Positions 1 to 11,662 of a stretch of 64,000 bases of DNA are shown piece by piece. Below the pieces are notes generated by a model that did not search any database, was not told where the DNA came from, and saw only the letters and a list, made by a program, of their open reading frames with translations. Source of the DNA: Squalus acanthias. Taxonomy: Eukaryota. Numbering within the stretch: the stretch's first letter is position 1; the number at the start of each line of letters is the position of its first letter. The stretch lies in contig CM059432.1 of NCBI GenBank assembly GCA_030390025.1, positions 9,982,001-10,046,000 on the forward strand, in the 5' to 3' direction. The position numbers were made by a program, and so were the translations under genes.

Positions 1-203
1 TCCTTCTAGGTGGAAGAGGTCGTGGGTTTGGGAGGTGCTGCCGAAGAAGGCTTGGCGAGTTGCTGCAGTGCATCTTGTAGATGGTACACACTGCAGCAAC
101 GGTACGCCGGCAGTGGAGGGAGTGAATGGTTAAGGTGGTGGATGGGGTGCCAATGAAGCGGGCTGCTTTGTCCTGGATGGTGTCGAGTTTCTTGAGTGTT
201 GTT
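1..203 (-). mobile_element. CR1/L2-superfamily LINE 3' ORF2 fragment (same family as 41990-42646)
   Basis: Near-identical to 42259-42460; encodes the ...TIQDKAARLIG...-type ORF2 C-terminal region. Confidence 0.8.
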
Positions 204-577
204 CTTGTATATCAGTAAAGGAGGTTCTAAATGACTGGCTCAAATGGGCATGTCTTGACAGTTCTGCCAGCGATATCCACATCACATTAAACTCTGCCTC
301 TGGCTGTACAGCATTATAAACCCATAGTGAACATATCCTGAATGCCTCAGCTACAAGGTAATTCATGAATTAAAATCTCAATTAATTAATCTAATATAAT
401 CGACCTAGGTGACTTATAAAATGTAACTCAGGTGGAAAATAATTGCCTTCAAGCTTTTCATCCTTTGAAGCATCTAGCTGACTTTACTGTTAGCCAAATG
501 CACATGTAAACTGGTATCTACCATTGAAGGTGACCGAGAGAGCTCAGCAGGCAAATATGCACCAATGATAGGTTTTC

Positions 578-836
578 TTTTATTCATTCATGGGATGTGG
601 GCGTCGCTGGCAAGGCCAGCATTTATTGCCCATCCCTAATTGCCCTTGAGAAGGTGGTGGTGAGCCGCCTTCTTGAACCGCTGCAGTCCGTGCGTAGCGG
701 TTTGCTAGGCCATTTCAGAGGGTAGTTAAGAGTCAACCACATTGCTGTGGGTCTGGAATCACATATAGGCCAGACCGGGTAAGGACGGCAGATTTCTTTC
801 CCTAAAGGACATTAGTGAACGAGATGGGTTTTTACA
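578..836 (-). mobile_element. tRNA-derived SINE, 3' portion (family of 45651-46045)
   Basis: Reverse-complement homology to 45830-46040, including the LINE-derived tail. Confidence 0.8.
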
Positions 837-965
837 ACTGTCCTAATATCTCCTTATGTGGCTCGGTGGCAAATTTTGTTTGATAATCGCTCCTGTGAAG
901 TGCCTTGGGATGTTTTACTACTTAAAGATGCTATATAAATGCAAGTTGTTGTTGTTGTTGTTGTT
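837..965 (+). mobile_element. L2-type LINE 3' UTR with (TTG)n tail
   Basis: Matches 5992-6112; ends GCTATATAAATGCAAG(TTG)n. Confidence 0.8.
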
Positions 966-1154
966 AAAGTGGGAGTAGAGGGCTAAGGGAATTGGCAGAG
1001 GGGAGTCTTGTGGTGTCTATAGTTGTCCTGGTGTTACAAATTTCAGGTCTGCACTATATATTCTCTCAGATTTAGCATCACCGATCATTCCCATCAGGTG
1101 ACCTTGCATTCGCTATGATCTGGGGAGTACCTTTATTGTGCAATATAGAGTTAT

Positions 1155-1963
1155 GGGGGAAAAATTTGGTTGCTTTGCACCTCCCGTTAGCGACCGGGCA
1201 CGGCGATGTTTGCGCCGCTCGCGAAATTGACCAGACATTTTGCGGTGGTGCTAAACACTTCCGCCACGATCTCCTGCGCCCGCAGATCGTGACGTCAGTC
1301 GAGCGTGCAACGCCCCGGTAGTGCCCCGGACCGGATATTGAGTCGCGCCCCCTGCCTTTCCGCCTGCCGCTAGCAACGACAGGTAGAGGGGAACATTTTG
1401 CAGTCGGGAAGGGACTGGGGGAGCACTATTTAAAGGCGGCTGCTTACTGCCTTTTTTTGTTGGCGACATTTCTGCACCACGCATTCTGAGAGAGAGAGAG
1501 AGACTTCTGGAGAGATTCAACGCTGTGTGAAGGAGTTTTGGGTACTGAGCAGCACTTTGCAGGTTCATTTTGATTTGACCTTCCTTGCATCAATTTAGAA
1601 GAGACTGTGGGTGCTGCACTCTGAGCTCTTTCCCTGGACCTCTCCATTGTTCTTTCCAGCAGAATTGATGTACAGGTCTCTCCAGGCCGAGATTCAAGGC
1701 TGCAATAAGCAGGGTGTGGATGGAGAGCAAGATCGACCCTCCCCTTTAAGAACTGGCCAGCGCCAGTGTGTCTGTGTTCCATTGCTGACTGACATCACAT
1801 GAGCTTCGCCAGCGCTCTGAGGTAGCGCCTCGCTCCTCGGCATTAGCGCCTTAAGAGAAGTGTGTAACGCCTGATTTAGCGCTCCAATCACCTCCAGGGG
1901 CGATAGAAGCCAAGTTTACAGTCGGAGGCGATAATTAGCGCCAGGCGCTAAACTTTGCGCCCG
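1155..1963. mobile_element. PIF/Harbinger-type non-autonomous DNA element, right end lost at a CR1 junction
   Basis: Starts GGGGGAAAAATTTGG like the terminus of 21261-21986; shares TTGCACCTCCCGTTAGC and repeated TTAGCGCC-like motifs. Confidence 0.6.
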
Positions 1964-2985
1964 GCACAGAAGGAAGCCTTTCAGCCTATTGCGTCCGTGC
2001 CAGCTCTCTGCAGAGCAATCCAGTCAGTCCCATTCCCCCGCTCTATCCCCGTAGCCCTGCAAGTTTATTTCCCTCAAGTGCCTATCCAGTCTCCCCTTAA
2101 AAACATTGAGTGTCTCCACTTCTACCACTTCCGTCGACAGCAAATTCTAGGTCATCACCACTCGCTGCATAAAAAAGTTTTTCCTCACATCCCCCCTGTA
2201 TCTCTTGCCCAAAACCTTAAATCTGTGTCTCCTAGTCCTTGTACCATCAACTAGTGGGAACAGCCTTTCCCCGTCTAGCCTATCCAAACCCGTCATAATC
2301 TTGTACACCGCTATCAAATCACCCCTCAACCTCCTTTGCTCCAATGAAATCAAATCCAGCTTCTCCAACCTGTCCTTGTAGCTAAGATCCACCATATCCG
2401 GAACCGTTCTGGTAAATCTCCTCTGCACCCTCTCAAGGCCTTCACATCCTTCCTAAAGTGTGGTGACCAGAACTGGATGCAATACTCCAGTTGTGGCCTA
2501 ACCAGCGCTTTATAAAGGTTCAGCATAACTTCTCTACTTTTGTACTCAATACCTCTATTTATGAAGCCCAAGAGCCCATGTGCTTTGCTAACCACTCTCT
2601 CAATATGTCCCGCCACCTTCAGGGATCTATGCACATCAACTCCCAGGTCCCTCTGGCCTGCACACTCTTTAAAACTGTGCCATTAAGTGTATATTGCCTC
2701 TCCCTGTTTCTTCTGCCAAAATACATCACCTCACACTTCTCTGTATTAAATTCCATCTGCCACTTGTCTGCCCATTCTGCTAGCCTTTCTATGTCCTGTT
2801 GCAGTCGATTGGTATCATCATCACTGTTTGCCACTCCCCCAAGTTTGGTGTCATCGGCAAATTTAGAAATTCTGCTCCATATTCCAATATCCAGGTCATT
2901 TATATATATCAAAAAAAGCAGTGGCCCCAGCACTAACTCTTGGGGAACACCACTGTCTACCATCCTCCAGTCTGAAAAACAATAT
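1964..2985 (-). mobile_element. CR1 LINE, RT C-terminal half and 3' UTR (frameshifted)
   Basis: ORFs with [27 protein letters not shown] and LVRPQLEYCIQFWSP. Confidence 0.95.
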
Positions 2986-3157
2986 CTGGTTAAATGATAG
3001 CATGTTCGATGCTTTCATGCTTTTCAGACCAGGAGACCACTTTTGGGCATTCGGTCGTCTTCTTGATGACATTAGCTGGCAAGTTCTCGGTGACCTATCA
3101 CACACAGGGAGACCACGTGTAGGTTGTCATCTGCTCCCCAGACTGGAGCTGCCTTCA

Positions 3158-4470
3158 TAGACTTGTCATCGGCATACGACACTGTCTGGTGTGAAGGCCT
3201 GCTACTGAAGCTTCAATAATCATCCAATGCCGCAAGACTCTCAGGCTTATCAACACCTTAATGAGCAACCGTAAGTTCCACGTCTATCTTGGTGACAAGA
3301 CCAGCCGAACACGGACGCTCAACGACGGTCTGCCACAGGGGTCGGTGCGCGCACCAGCCTTTTCCAACATCTACACGGCGGACATGCCCTGCACCAAATC
3401 CCGGAGGTTCACCTATGCCGATGACACAGCACTGCTGACACAGGCATCAACACTAGAGGAAGCAAGCAGGACGCTCACAAGCGACCGGGACCTACTGGAA
3501 CGCTACTTCCGGACCTGGCCCCTCCGCCCCAATCCCGAGAAGACAGTTGTGTCGGCGTTCCATCTGGACAACATCGGTGGGAAAAAACTTAACGTTTCAT
3601 TCTGTGGAAGAGACCAACCCATGAACCCCACCCAAAATACCCGGGTGTCACCCTGAACAGGACTCTCAACCTATCGGCCGCATATCACCAACACCAGTCA
3701 AAAAGTAAAACCAGGTGAACCTGGTCTGGAAACTGGCTGGAGCATCATGGGGGAAGCACAGCCAGAACACGTCGCACTGCAACAGTGGCCCTCGTCTACT
3801 CTGCTGCAGCATACCGCTCTGCCTCATGGTCCTGCAGCCGCCACACAAAGATGGTGGACGTGCAGCTAAACACCGCCATGAGGATGGTGTCAGGGATGCT
3901 CAAGTCCACTCCAACTGAGTGGCTGCCGGTGCTGTCCCACATCGCACCGCCTGCCATTCCCTGCGATGCCACCAGGCTCCAAGATGGAAAAACCATGAGC
4001 GACACCAACCTTCCCATTCACAAAGGCTTGAAAAACCCACCACGAAAGCACTTAGAATCGCGCCAGCCATTCTGGGAGGCAGCGGCCAATATTCACGCAG
4101 CTGGCATCGACCCACTATCCAGATGGATGGGATCATGGGACACATACAACAAAAAGAACCAACACCTCATCACTGACCCACCAGCAGAGGTCCCTGGCTT
4201 CGACCTCCCTCGAAGACAGCGGACGCGCTCAACCGAATCCACACAGGGCACGGACGATGCGCCCACCAGCTCCACAAGTGGAAGATGAGGGACGACCCCG
4301 AAGTGCGACTGTGGCCGTGAGTCCCAGACCGTGGAACACATCGCATCAACCTGCCCACTGAGATCTGTTGTGGGAGGCACCTCATTTCTCCACTCGGCAT
4401 CTCAGGAGGCCATCGAATGGACAGCCAAACCAGACATCCCATGATAAGCTTTTCCCATCATACAAAACAG
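3158..4470 (+). mobile_element. Vingi/Ingi-type non-LTR retrotransposon, RT plus C-terminal CCHC region, degraded
   Basis: DLSSAYDTVW, GLPQGSV, YADD, TPTEWLPVLSHIAPP, PGFDLPRR, CDCG..QTVEHIASTCP; no RNase H seen. Confidence 0.8.
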
Positions 4471-5719
4471 CAACAAAATGATAGCATGCCTCAGGAGCCA
4501 TAACAGTAAGACACCTCATTGTGTGTACTCGATACTGTGATCTCGCCTGTTTCACCATATGCATTTCTCCTACCATTTGGGAGGGATACTGAAAAGCACT
4601 CTAGTGAGATGAGGCCGAATGAAACCAAAACACTGGATTATTTTGCAAGTAATATGTGAATGAATAGTATACGGTCCTCAGTGAGATTCAATCAATTTCC
4701 TATTGCTCCCCATCACATGAAAAATAACAAGAATACACAATCCTTCTCTTTGATGTGGGTTTGATTCATCTAGAAGTCAACAAACTTGGAGATGACTGGC
4801 ACTAACCTTAGAGGGCAAAGGTTAGTGACTATTCGAGACTCAAAACTGGCCTCGAACATCTATTCTGGAGAGAGTGAGAGAGAGAGAAGATAAAGTTTGC
4901 CTTCTGACTCCTCCCTCAGTTCTCTGTGTTAAACCTGTCAGCTTGAATGGGAAATCTTCTCCCTTGGTGTGGAAGCCATGGCAACTTTTTAGCTAAGCCC
5001 TTCGCTGGTCACCTTTGAATGAAGAGAAATCTAACACTAAAGGTGTTGGCTGACCCGATTAGCTAACAACCTGATCTGGCGTAAGTCAGTACACAATTAC
5101 GAGACCGGTTGCTAATCCAACTAATTTGTCCTGAACAACATCCCAGATAGGGTATGCCTCTCTCGGAGTTAACCCTTTGTGAACTGAATTTAACTTTATA
5201 GCAACAATAAATGAAGCCAAAATCCCTTCTAGTCCAATTAGGCAAAAATCTTGAACTGTTACAATTGGCGTGACAACTGACTGAGTGGTCCGTTTGGAAT
5301 CGCTAAATTCTCAATTAGTAATTTTATTCCCAAATAGTTGATTTTGAACAATCAAATTTCTGTCCTGCGGTGTAAATAATGCAACACTGTATAAATGGCT
5401 GCAACTTAAAAGTCATTTTTGCTGTTATACAGAGATTTATAGATAGTAGTTCAAATACAGGTCTGAAAGGGCATTAAAAGAACACTAATGGAATCCTGGC
5501 TTTTATACACAGAGGTAATCAATATAAAAGCAAGGAAGTGATGTTAAATTTGTAGAAAACATTGGTTTGTCCACAGTTGGAGTATTGTGTGCAGTTGTGG
5601 GCACTCATTATGGGATGGGAATTAGAGCCATGGTAAGGGCACTAGATGATACCAGGAATGCGACTGCTCTCATTTGTTTCAGACAGTGGTTGCTGGTAAT
5701 GATTCTGCTTTTGTCATTT

Positions 5720-6112
5720 TCATCCTTGTTTTCAAATCCCTCCATGGCCTCACCCCTCCCTATCTCTGTAATCTCCTCCAGCCCCGCAACCCTCTGAGAT
5801 CTCTGCGCTCCTCAAATTCTGGCCTCTTGAGCATCCCGGATTTTCATCGCTCCACCACTGGCAGCCGTGCCTTCAGCTGTCTCGGCCCTAAGCTCTGGAA
5901 TTCCCTCCCTAAACCTCTCCGCCCCTCTACCTCTCTTTCCTCCTTTAAGACGCTCCCTAAAACTTACCTCTTTGACCAAGCTTTTGGTCACCTGTCCTAA
6001 TATCTCCTTACGTGACTCGGTGTCAAATTTTGTTTGATAATTGCTCCTAGGAAGCGCCTTGGGACGTTTTACTACGTTAAAGGCGCTATATAAATACAAG
6101 TTGTTGTTGTTT
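5720..6112 (+). mobile_element. L2-type LINE 3' end
   Basis: FKSLHGLTPPYL..RSLRS..GSRAFSCLGPKLWNSLP..FKTLPKTYLF; (TTG)n tail. Confidence 0.9.
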
Positions 6113-6117
6113 TCAGC

Positions 6118-6360
6118 TCCTTTAGACCCATCTTTTGTTTCTTTACTTGTCCCATTACCAGCTCTTTTCGCCTTCCACCATCATCCCTTTTATCATTTAA
6201 TCTCTCCTGCCTTCCACTCTATCACAGACCTTCCCTTTTGTTCTTTCCTCTCCTCTCTCCCGTCTTTCCCCGCCTCTGTACTTGCTTAAAACCTGTTACA
6301 TCTCTAACATTTTCCAGTTCTGATAAAAGGTCATCGACCTGGAATGTTAACTCTCTCTTT
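6118..6360 (+). mobile_element. PLE family A pseudo-LTR with degenerate hammerhead core
   Basis: Homologous to 11415-11640; core mutated (CTGATAA..GGAA). Confidence 0.75.
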
Positions 6361-6475
6361 TGTGCAAGAATGAGACTTTATAGTTATGAAGAAAGGTTTT
6401 CAAGATTTTTTCCGTGGAACTGAGAAGTTTAGGGGAGGAATGTATTGCGGGTTTTCAAAATGATGAAAAGTTTTA

Positions 6476-6905
6476 TAAGAACATAAAAACATGAGAATTA
6501 GGAGCAGGAATAGACCATTCGGCCCCTCGAGCCTGCTCTGTCTTTCAATAAGATCACGGCTGATCTTCAACCACAACTCCACTTTCCTGCCTAATCTCCA
6601 TATCCCTTGATTCCCCTAGAGTCCAAAAATCTATCTATCTCAGCCTTGAATATACTCAACAACTCAGCATCCAAAGCCCTCTGGGGTAGAGAATCCCAAA
6701 GATTCACAACTGAGTGAAGAAATTCCTCCTCATCTCAGTCCTAAATGGCGGCCCCTTATCCTGAGACTGTGCCCCCTAGTTCTAGACACTCCAGCCAGGG
6801 CAAACAACCTCTCAGCATCTACCCTGTCAATCCCCCTCAGAATCTTGTATGTTTCAATGAGATCACCTCTCATTCTTCTAAACACCAGAGAGTTCAGGCC
6901 CATTC
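6476..6905 (-). mobile_element. CR1 3' fragment
   Basis: RRMRGDLIETYKILRGIDRVDAERLF; CR1 3' UTR. Confidence 0.9.
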
Positions 6906-7044
6906 TACACAAAACGGCAACGGGCTCATGCGTGACGGGTTATTGTCGCGTTTCGCGCATTTGACGGTTCGAACCCCCATCTCCCTGACTCCTCTCCGCC
7001 CGTTGTGGGGGGGGGGGGGAGGGGGTTAATATCGAGGCCACTAT

Positions 7045-7226
7045 TTCCACTGATTGGCTAACCAGCAACGCGGGGGCTTAGACTCAGGAACTATCACTGG
7101 AAGGATGAAGGCGAAGTGAGAAGAAATTCTTTCACACGGTGGTGGGGGGGGGGGGTTGCGATTGGAGCAGCAAAGGGCGGTTCTGCAAAGCCCCGCTGCT
7201 CGTGGCGAGCTACACCTGCAGATAAG
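7045..7226 (+). promoter_or_regulatory. Candidate promoter / first exon
   Basis: Unique sequence; ATTGG at 7053 and 7161, GGGCGG at 7175, donor AAG|GTAAGC at 7226/7227. Confidence 0.3.
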
Positions 7227-7696
7227 GTAAGCACCACCCAGGACTTACAGACGATTCTGTTACTTTATAATTGAAGAGAAGAGCCCATTTTCGGAGATAT
7301 TCTAACAAAGCGAAATATCTTTTATCTGTACAATCGCTGACTTGCCCTGGTTTTTGCATTACCAGAATTTTCGGTTTCAATTTCTGATTTCCAGCATTTG
7401 TAGTTTTTTTTATTTCGGAACGATTTGTACAATTTTTTTTGGAGCTATCTGTTTATCGGCGAATGTGCTGCTGAGCAGGTTGATGTGTTAAGAGGATTTG
7501 ACGTGTTTGACACCACGTGACAGCTGCCCTTGAAGGCCAATGTAGAGCTCACCCTCTGTCTTATTTGTAGCTTTCACGCACTAACTGTGGGCATAAGTCA
7601 GTTAGATGTGTCTAAATTATTTACTGACACCTCAAGTGTGTTAGATTCACAGCAATCCTGAAGAACCAAACAAGCATTCACTGGAATTTTTAAAAT

Positions 7697-8230
7697 TTAT
7701 TTATTGATTCACGGGATGTGGCCGTCGCTGGCAAAGCCAGCATTTATTGCCCATCCCTAGTTGCCCCTTGAGAAGGTGGTGGTGAGCCGCCTTCTTGAAC
7801 CGCTGCAGTCCGTGTGGTGAAGGTCCTCCCACAGTGCTGTTAGGGAGGGAGTTCCAGGATTTTGATCCAGCGACGATGAAGGAACGGCCGATATATTTCC
7901 AAGTCAGGATGGTGTGTGTGACTTGGAGGGGAACTTGGTGGTGATGGTAAAAACAGAAAATGCTGAAAATACTCAGCAGGTCAGGCACCATCTGTAGAGA
8001 GAGAAACAGAGTTAACTCTGTTTCTCTCTCTACAGATGCTGCCTGACCTGCTGAGTATTTCCAGCATTTTCTGTTTTTATTTATTTTTTCTGTTTTTATT
8101 TCAGATTTCCAGCATCCGCAGTATTTTGCTGTTGTATTGGTGGTGGTGGTGTTCCCATACGCCTGCTGCTCTTCTAGGTGGTAGAGGTCGCGGGTTTGGG
8201 AGGTGCTGTCGAAGATGTCTTGGCGAGGTT
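7697..8230 (-). mobile_element. CR1/L2-superfamily LINE 3' end, interrupted by a PLE palindrome
   Basis: RSFIVAGSKSWNSLP..FKKAAHHHLLKG; colinear with 41990-42330 once 7949-8136 is removed. Confidence 0.85.
7949..8136. mobile_element. PLE family A inverted pseudo-LTR insertion (palindrome 7948-8079)
   Basis: Palindrome centred on GTT|AAC at 8013/8014; ~14-bp TSD TTGGTGGTGRTGGT at 7935-7948 and 8137-8150. Confidence 0.85.
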
Positions 8231-8486
8231 GCAGCAGTACATTGCTGAACTGCTGATGGCTTAGGTCCCACCCTCAACACGTACTTATCCTTCGAATAAG
8301 GTGTGACGCCAAGGACCCGTCTGCCTTTTCTGGCAGTTTAGATGGGCATTAAAGATCCTTTGGCAATCCTCAAACCGCAGAGGGCAATTTTTTCTGGTGA
8401 ACTGACCAACATTCCTCCTTCAACCAAAGCAATCAAAGGCAAACTAACTGGGCATTCATCTCATTGCTCCTTATGGGACATGACGT

Positions 8487-8810
8487 AGAATGTACAGCAC
8501 AGAAACAGACCATTCGGCCCAACTGGTCTGTGCCGGTGTTTATGCTCCACACGAGCCTCCTCCCACCCCTACTTCATCTCACCCTATCAACATAACCTTC
8601 CATTCCTTTCTCCCTCTTGTGTTTATCTAGCTTCCCCTTAAATGCATCTGTGCTATTCGCCTCAACTACTCCCTGTGGTAGCGAGTTCCACATTCTCACC
8701 ACTCTCTGGGTAAAGGAGTTTCTCTTGAATTCCCGATTGGATTTATTGGTGACTATCTTATATTGATGACCCCTAGTTTTGGATTGAACCCCCACACAAG
8801 TGGAAACCTC
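8487..8810 (-). mobile_element. CR1 3' fragment
   Basis: TRGHQYKI..FTQRVVRMWNSLP. Confidence 0.9.
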
Positions 8811-8954
8811 ATGGCTGGCTCAGATGGGCTGCTGCTATCGCTTAATTATTAGTCACTGCATTTCAAAAATAATTTATCGTGTGAAGCCTTATGAGATGCG
8901 TTGATGTATAGAGTGCCATATAAATGCAATATATGGTTTATTTCCTCCACACAG

Positions 8955-8985
8955 CTGTTGAGAATGCACTCGTCTACTGTACCAG
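8955..8985 (+). other. Candidate 31-nt internal exon
   Basis: tttatttcctccacacag|CTGTTG...ACCAG|gtaagc in unique sequence. Confidence 0.35.
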
Positions 8986-9094
8986 GTAAGCATCCCATTC
9001 CATTAGCATGCACAAGCTATGAGATGCCAGGATTGCTATCATTAATCCGTGGTGACATTTCTGATGAAGGACCTTCACTCAAAATGCTCACCTG

Positions 9095-9990
9095 TCATAG
9101 TCATAGAGTTATACAGCACAGAAAGAGGCCCTTCGGCCTATCATGTCCTCACCGGCCATCAAGCCCTGTCTATTCTAATCCCATTTTCCAACACTTGGTC
9201 CGTAGCCTTGTATGCTATGGCGTTTCAAGTGCTCATCTAAATGCTTCTTGAATGTTGTGAGGGTTCCTGCCTCTACCACCCTTTCAGGCAGTGAGTTCCA
9301 GATTCCAACCACCCTCTGGGTGAAAAAGTTTTTCCTCAAATCCCCTCTAAACCTCCTGCCCCTTATCTTGAAACTATGGCCCCTGGTTATTGACCCCTCT
9401 ACTAAGGGGAAAAGTTCCTTTCTATCTACCCTATCTATGCCCCTCATAATTTTGTATACCTCAATCAGGTCCCCCCTCAGCCTTCTCTGCTCTAAGGAAA
9501 ACAACCTCAGCCTGTCCAGTCTCTCTTCATAGCTGAAGCGCTCCAGCCCAGGTAACATCCTGGTGAATCTCCTCTGCACCCTCTCCAATGCAATCACATT
9601 AAGTTACGTGGATAGACTGGAGAAGCTGGGGTTGTTCTCCTTCGAGCAGAGAAGATTGAGAGGAGATTTGATGGAGGTGTTCAAAATCATGAGGGGTCTG
9701 GACAGAGTAGATAGAGAGAAACTGTTCCCATTGGCAGAAGGGTCGAGAACCTATAGTGTGGCGACCAGAACTGCACACAGTATTCCAGCTGTGGCCTAAC
9801 TAGCGTTTTGTACAGCTCCATCATAACCTCCTTGCTCTTATATTCTATGCCTCGACTAATGAAGGCAAGTATCCCATATGCCTTTTTAACCACCTTATCT
9901 ACCTGTCCTGCTGCCTTCAGGGATCTATGTACATGCACACCAAGGTCCCGCTGATCCTCTGTCCTTTGTAGGGTCCTACCATTCACTGTC
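9095..9990 (-). mobile_element. CR1 3' fragment containing an opposite-strand CR1 piece (9599-9751)
   Basis: CR1 C-terminal ORFs 9175-9597 and 9750-9990; (CTATGA)n tail. Confidence 0.9.
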
Positions 9991-10384
9991 TTTCCTCCTT
10001 TCCGATGTTGGTGGATCTGTTCTGTACTCCCAGCACTTTTGTTTTCAATGAAAAGGGAAATCGGGAGAGGTGGATAACAGGTGGCCGATCTGATAGCGCC
10101 CATGTGTCTCGCTTCCCAAAAAGTTAGAATGACACCTCCCTTGGAGCAAGCTCCCTTCTTTCTGAAAGCATGCTTTGTGGAGCTGGTGAGGAGGAAACCT
10201 GCTGTATGGTCCTCAGAAAGTGGGCCCAAACAACCGGTGGTACTTTGTCACTTTCTAGGCAAAGGCCACACGTCACAATGGTCCAGTTGGCTTAGGTGCC
10301 AGAGGTACTTTAATGTGATTTAAAAATAGGAAGGGGAAGGGCTTCGCCACACCGAGAGGAAGCGTCTTCTCTTCACTCGGCATT

Positions 10385-11218
10385 ACATAGAAACATAGAA
10401 AATAGGTACAGGAGTAGACCATTCGGTCCTTCGAGCCTGCACCGCCATTCAATGCGTTCATGGCTGAACATGCTACCTCAGCACCCCATTCCTGCTTTCT
10501 CGCCATACCCCTTGATCCCCCTAGTTGTGAGTGTTATATCTAACTCCCTTTTGAATATATTTAGCGAACTGGCCTCAACAACCTTCTGTGGAAGAGAATT
10601 CCACAGATTCACCACTCTCTGGGTGAAGAAGTTCCTCCTCAGCTCAGTCTTAAATGGCTTCCCCTTAATCCTTAGACTGTGACCCCTGGTTCTAGTTTTC
10701 CCTAACATTGGGAACATTCTGCCCGCATCTAATTTGTCTAAACCAGTCAGGATTTTAAATGTCTCTATAAGATCCCCCCTCATTCTTCTGAACTCCAGAG
10801 GATACAAGTTCAGTTGACCCAATCTTTCTTGATATGTCAGTCCGGCCATCCCAGGAATCAATCTAGTGAACCTTCGCTGCACTCCCTCAATATCAAGAAT
10901 GTCCTTCCTTAAGTTAGGAGACCAAAACTGCGCACAATACTCCAGGTGTGGCCTCACCAAGGCCCTGTACAACTGCAGCATCACCTCCCTACTCCTGTAC
11001 TCAAATCCCCTTACTATGAAGGCCATCATTCCGTTTGCTTTCTTGACTGCCTGCTGCACTTGCATTCCCACCTTCAGTGACTGATGTACCATGACGCCCA
11101 GGTCTCGTTGCACCTCCCCTTTCCCTAATCTGCCACCATTCAGGTAATAGTCCGCCTCTCTATTTTTACCACCAAAGTGGATAACCTCACATTTATCCAC
11201 ATTGTACTTCATCTGCCA
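10385..11218 (-). mobile_element. CR1 3' fragment with 244-aa open ORF2 C-terminus
   Basis: ORF 10478-11212; (TTTCTATG)n tail. Confidence 0.95.
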
Positions 11219-11297
11219 CTAGTGAGAGATGTGCTGGTCTGCACATCTTAGGTAGTCATTGAGCCTTTAGAAGTAAGTCTAACAAAGTAGGAGTAAG

Positions 11298-11662
11298 TGG
11301 GCACCTCACAGCCTTCTGGACTCAACATCGAGTTCAACAATTTCAGACCATAACCTCTGCCCCTATCTTTTTTTCCATTTTTTTTCTCTCTCACATGGCA
11401 TCTAGAGTCATCTGTTGTTTCTTAACTTGTCCCATTACCATCTCATTTCGCCTTGCACCATCATTCCTTTTGTCTCTTAATCTCTCCTGCCTTCCATCCT
11501 ATCACAGACCTTCCCTTTTGTTCTTTCCTCCTCTCCCCTCTTTCCCTGCCTCTACACTTGCTTAAAAACCTGTTCCATCTCCAACTTTTTCCAGTTCTGA
11601 CGAAGGGTCATCGACCTGAAACGTTAACTCTGTTTCTCTCTCCACAGATGCTGCCTGACCTG
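11298..11662 (+). mobile_element. PLE family A: GIY-YIG C-terminus plus pseudo-LTR (resumes 14035-14062)
   Basis: QPSGLNIEFNNFR as in 34320-34360; split by the RTE insertion. Confidence 0.85.
11593..11629 (+). ncRNA. Minimal type-I hammerhead ribozyme motif (PLE family A)
   Basis: AGTT-CTGACGA-A-GGGTC(ATC)GACCT-GAAA-CG-TT^AACT; stem I AGUU/AACU; palindromic stem III AACGUU. Confidence 0.8.

Noticed and set aside
9059..9095. Additional hammerhead (CTGATGAAGG..CAAAA)
   Set aside because: Stem II and GAAA are not intact; at most a decayed remnant, as at ~36880.
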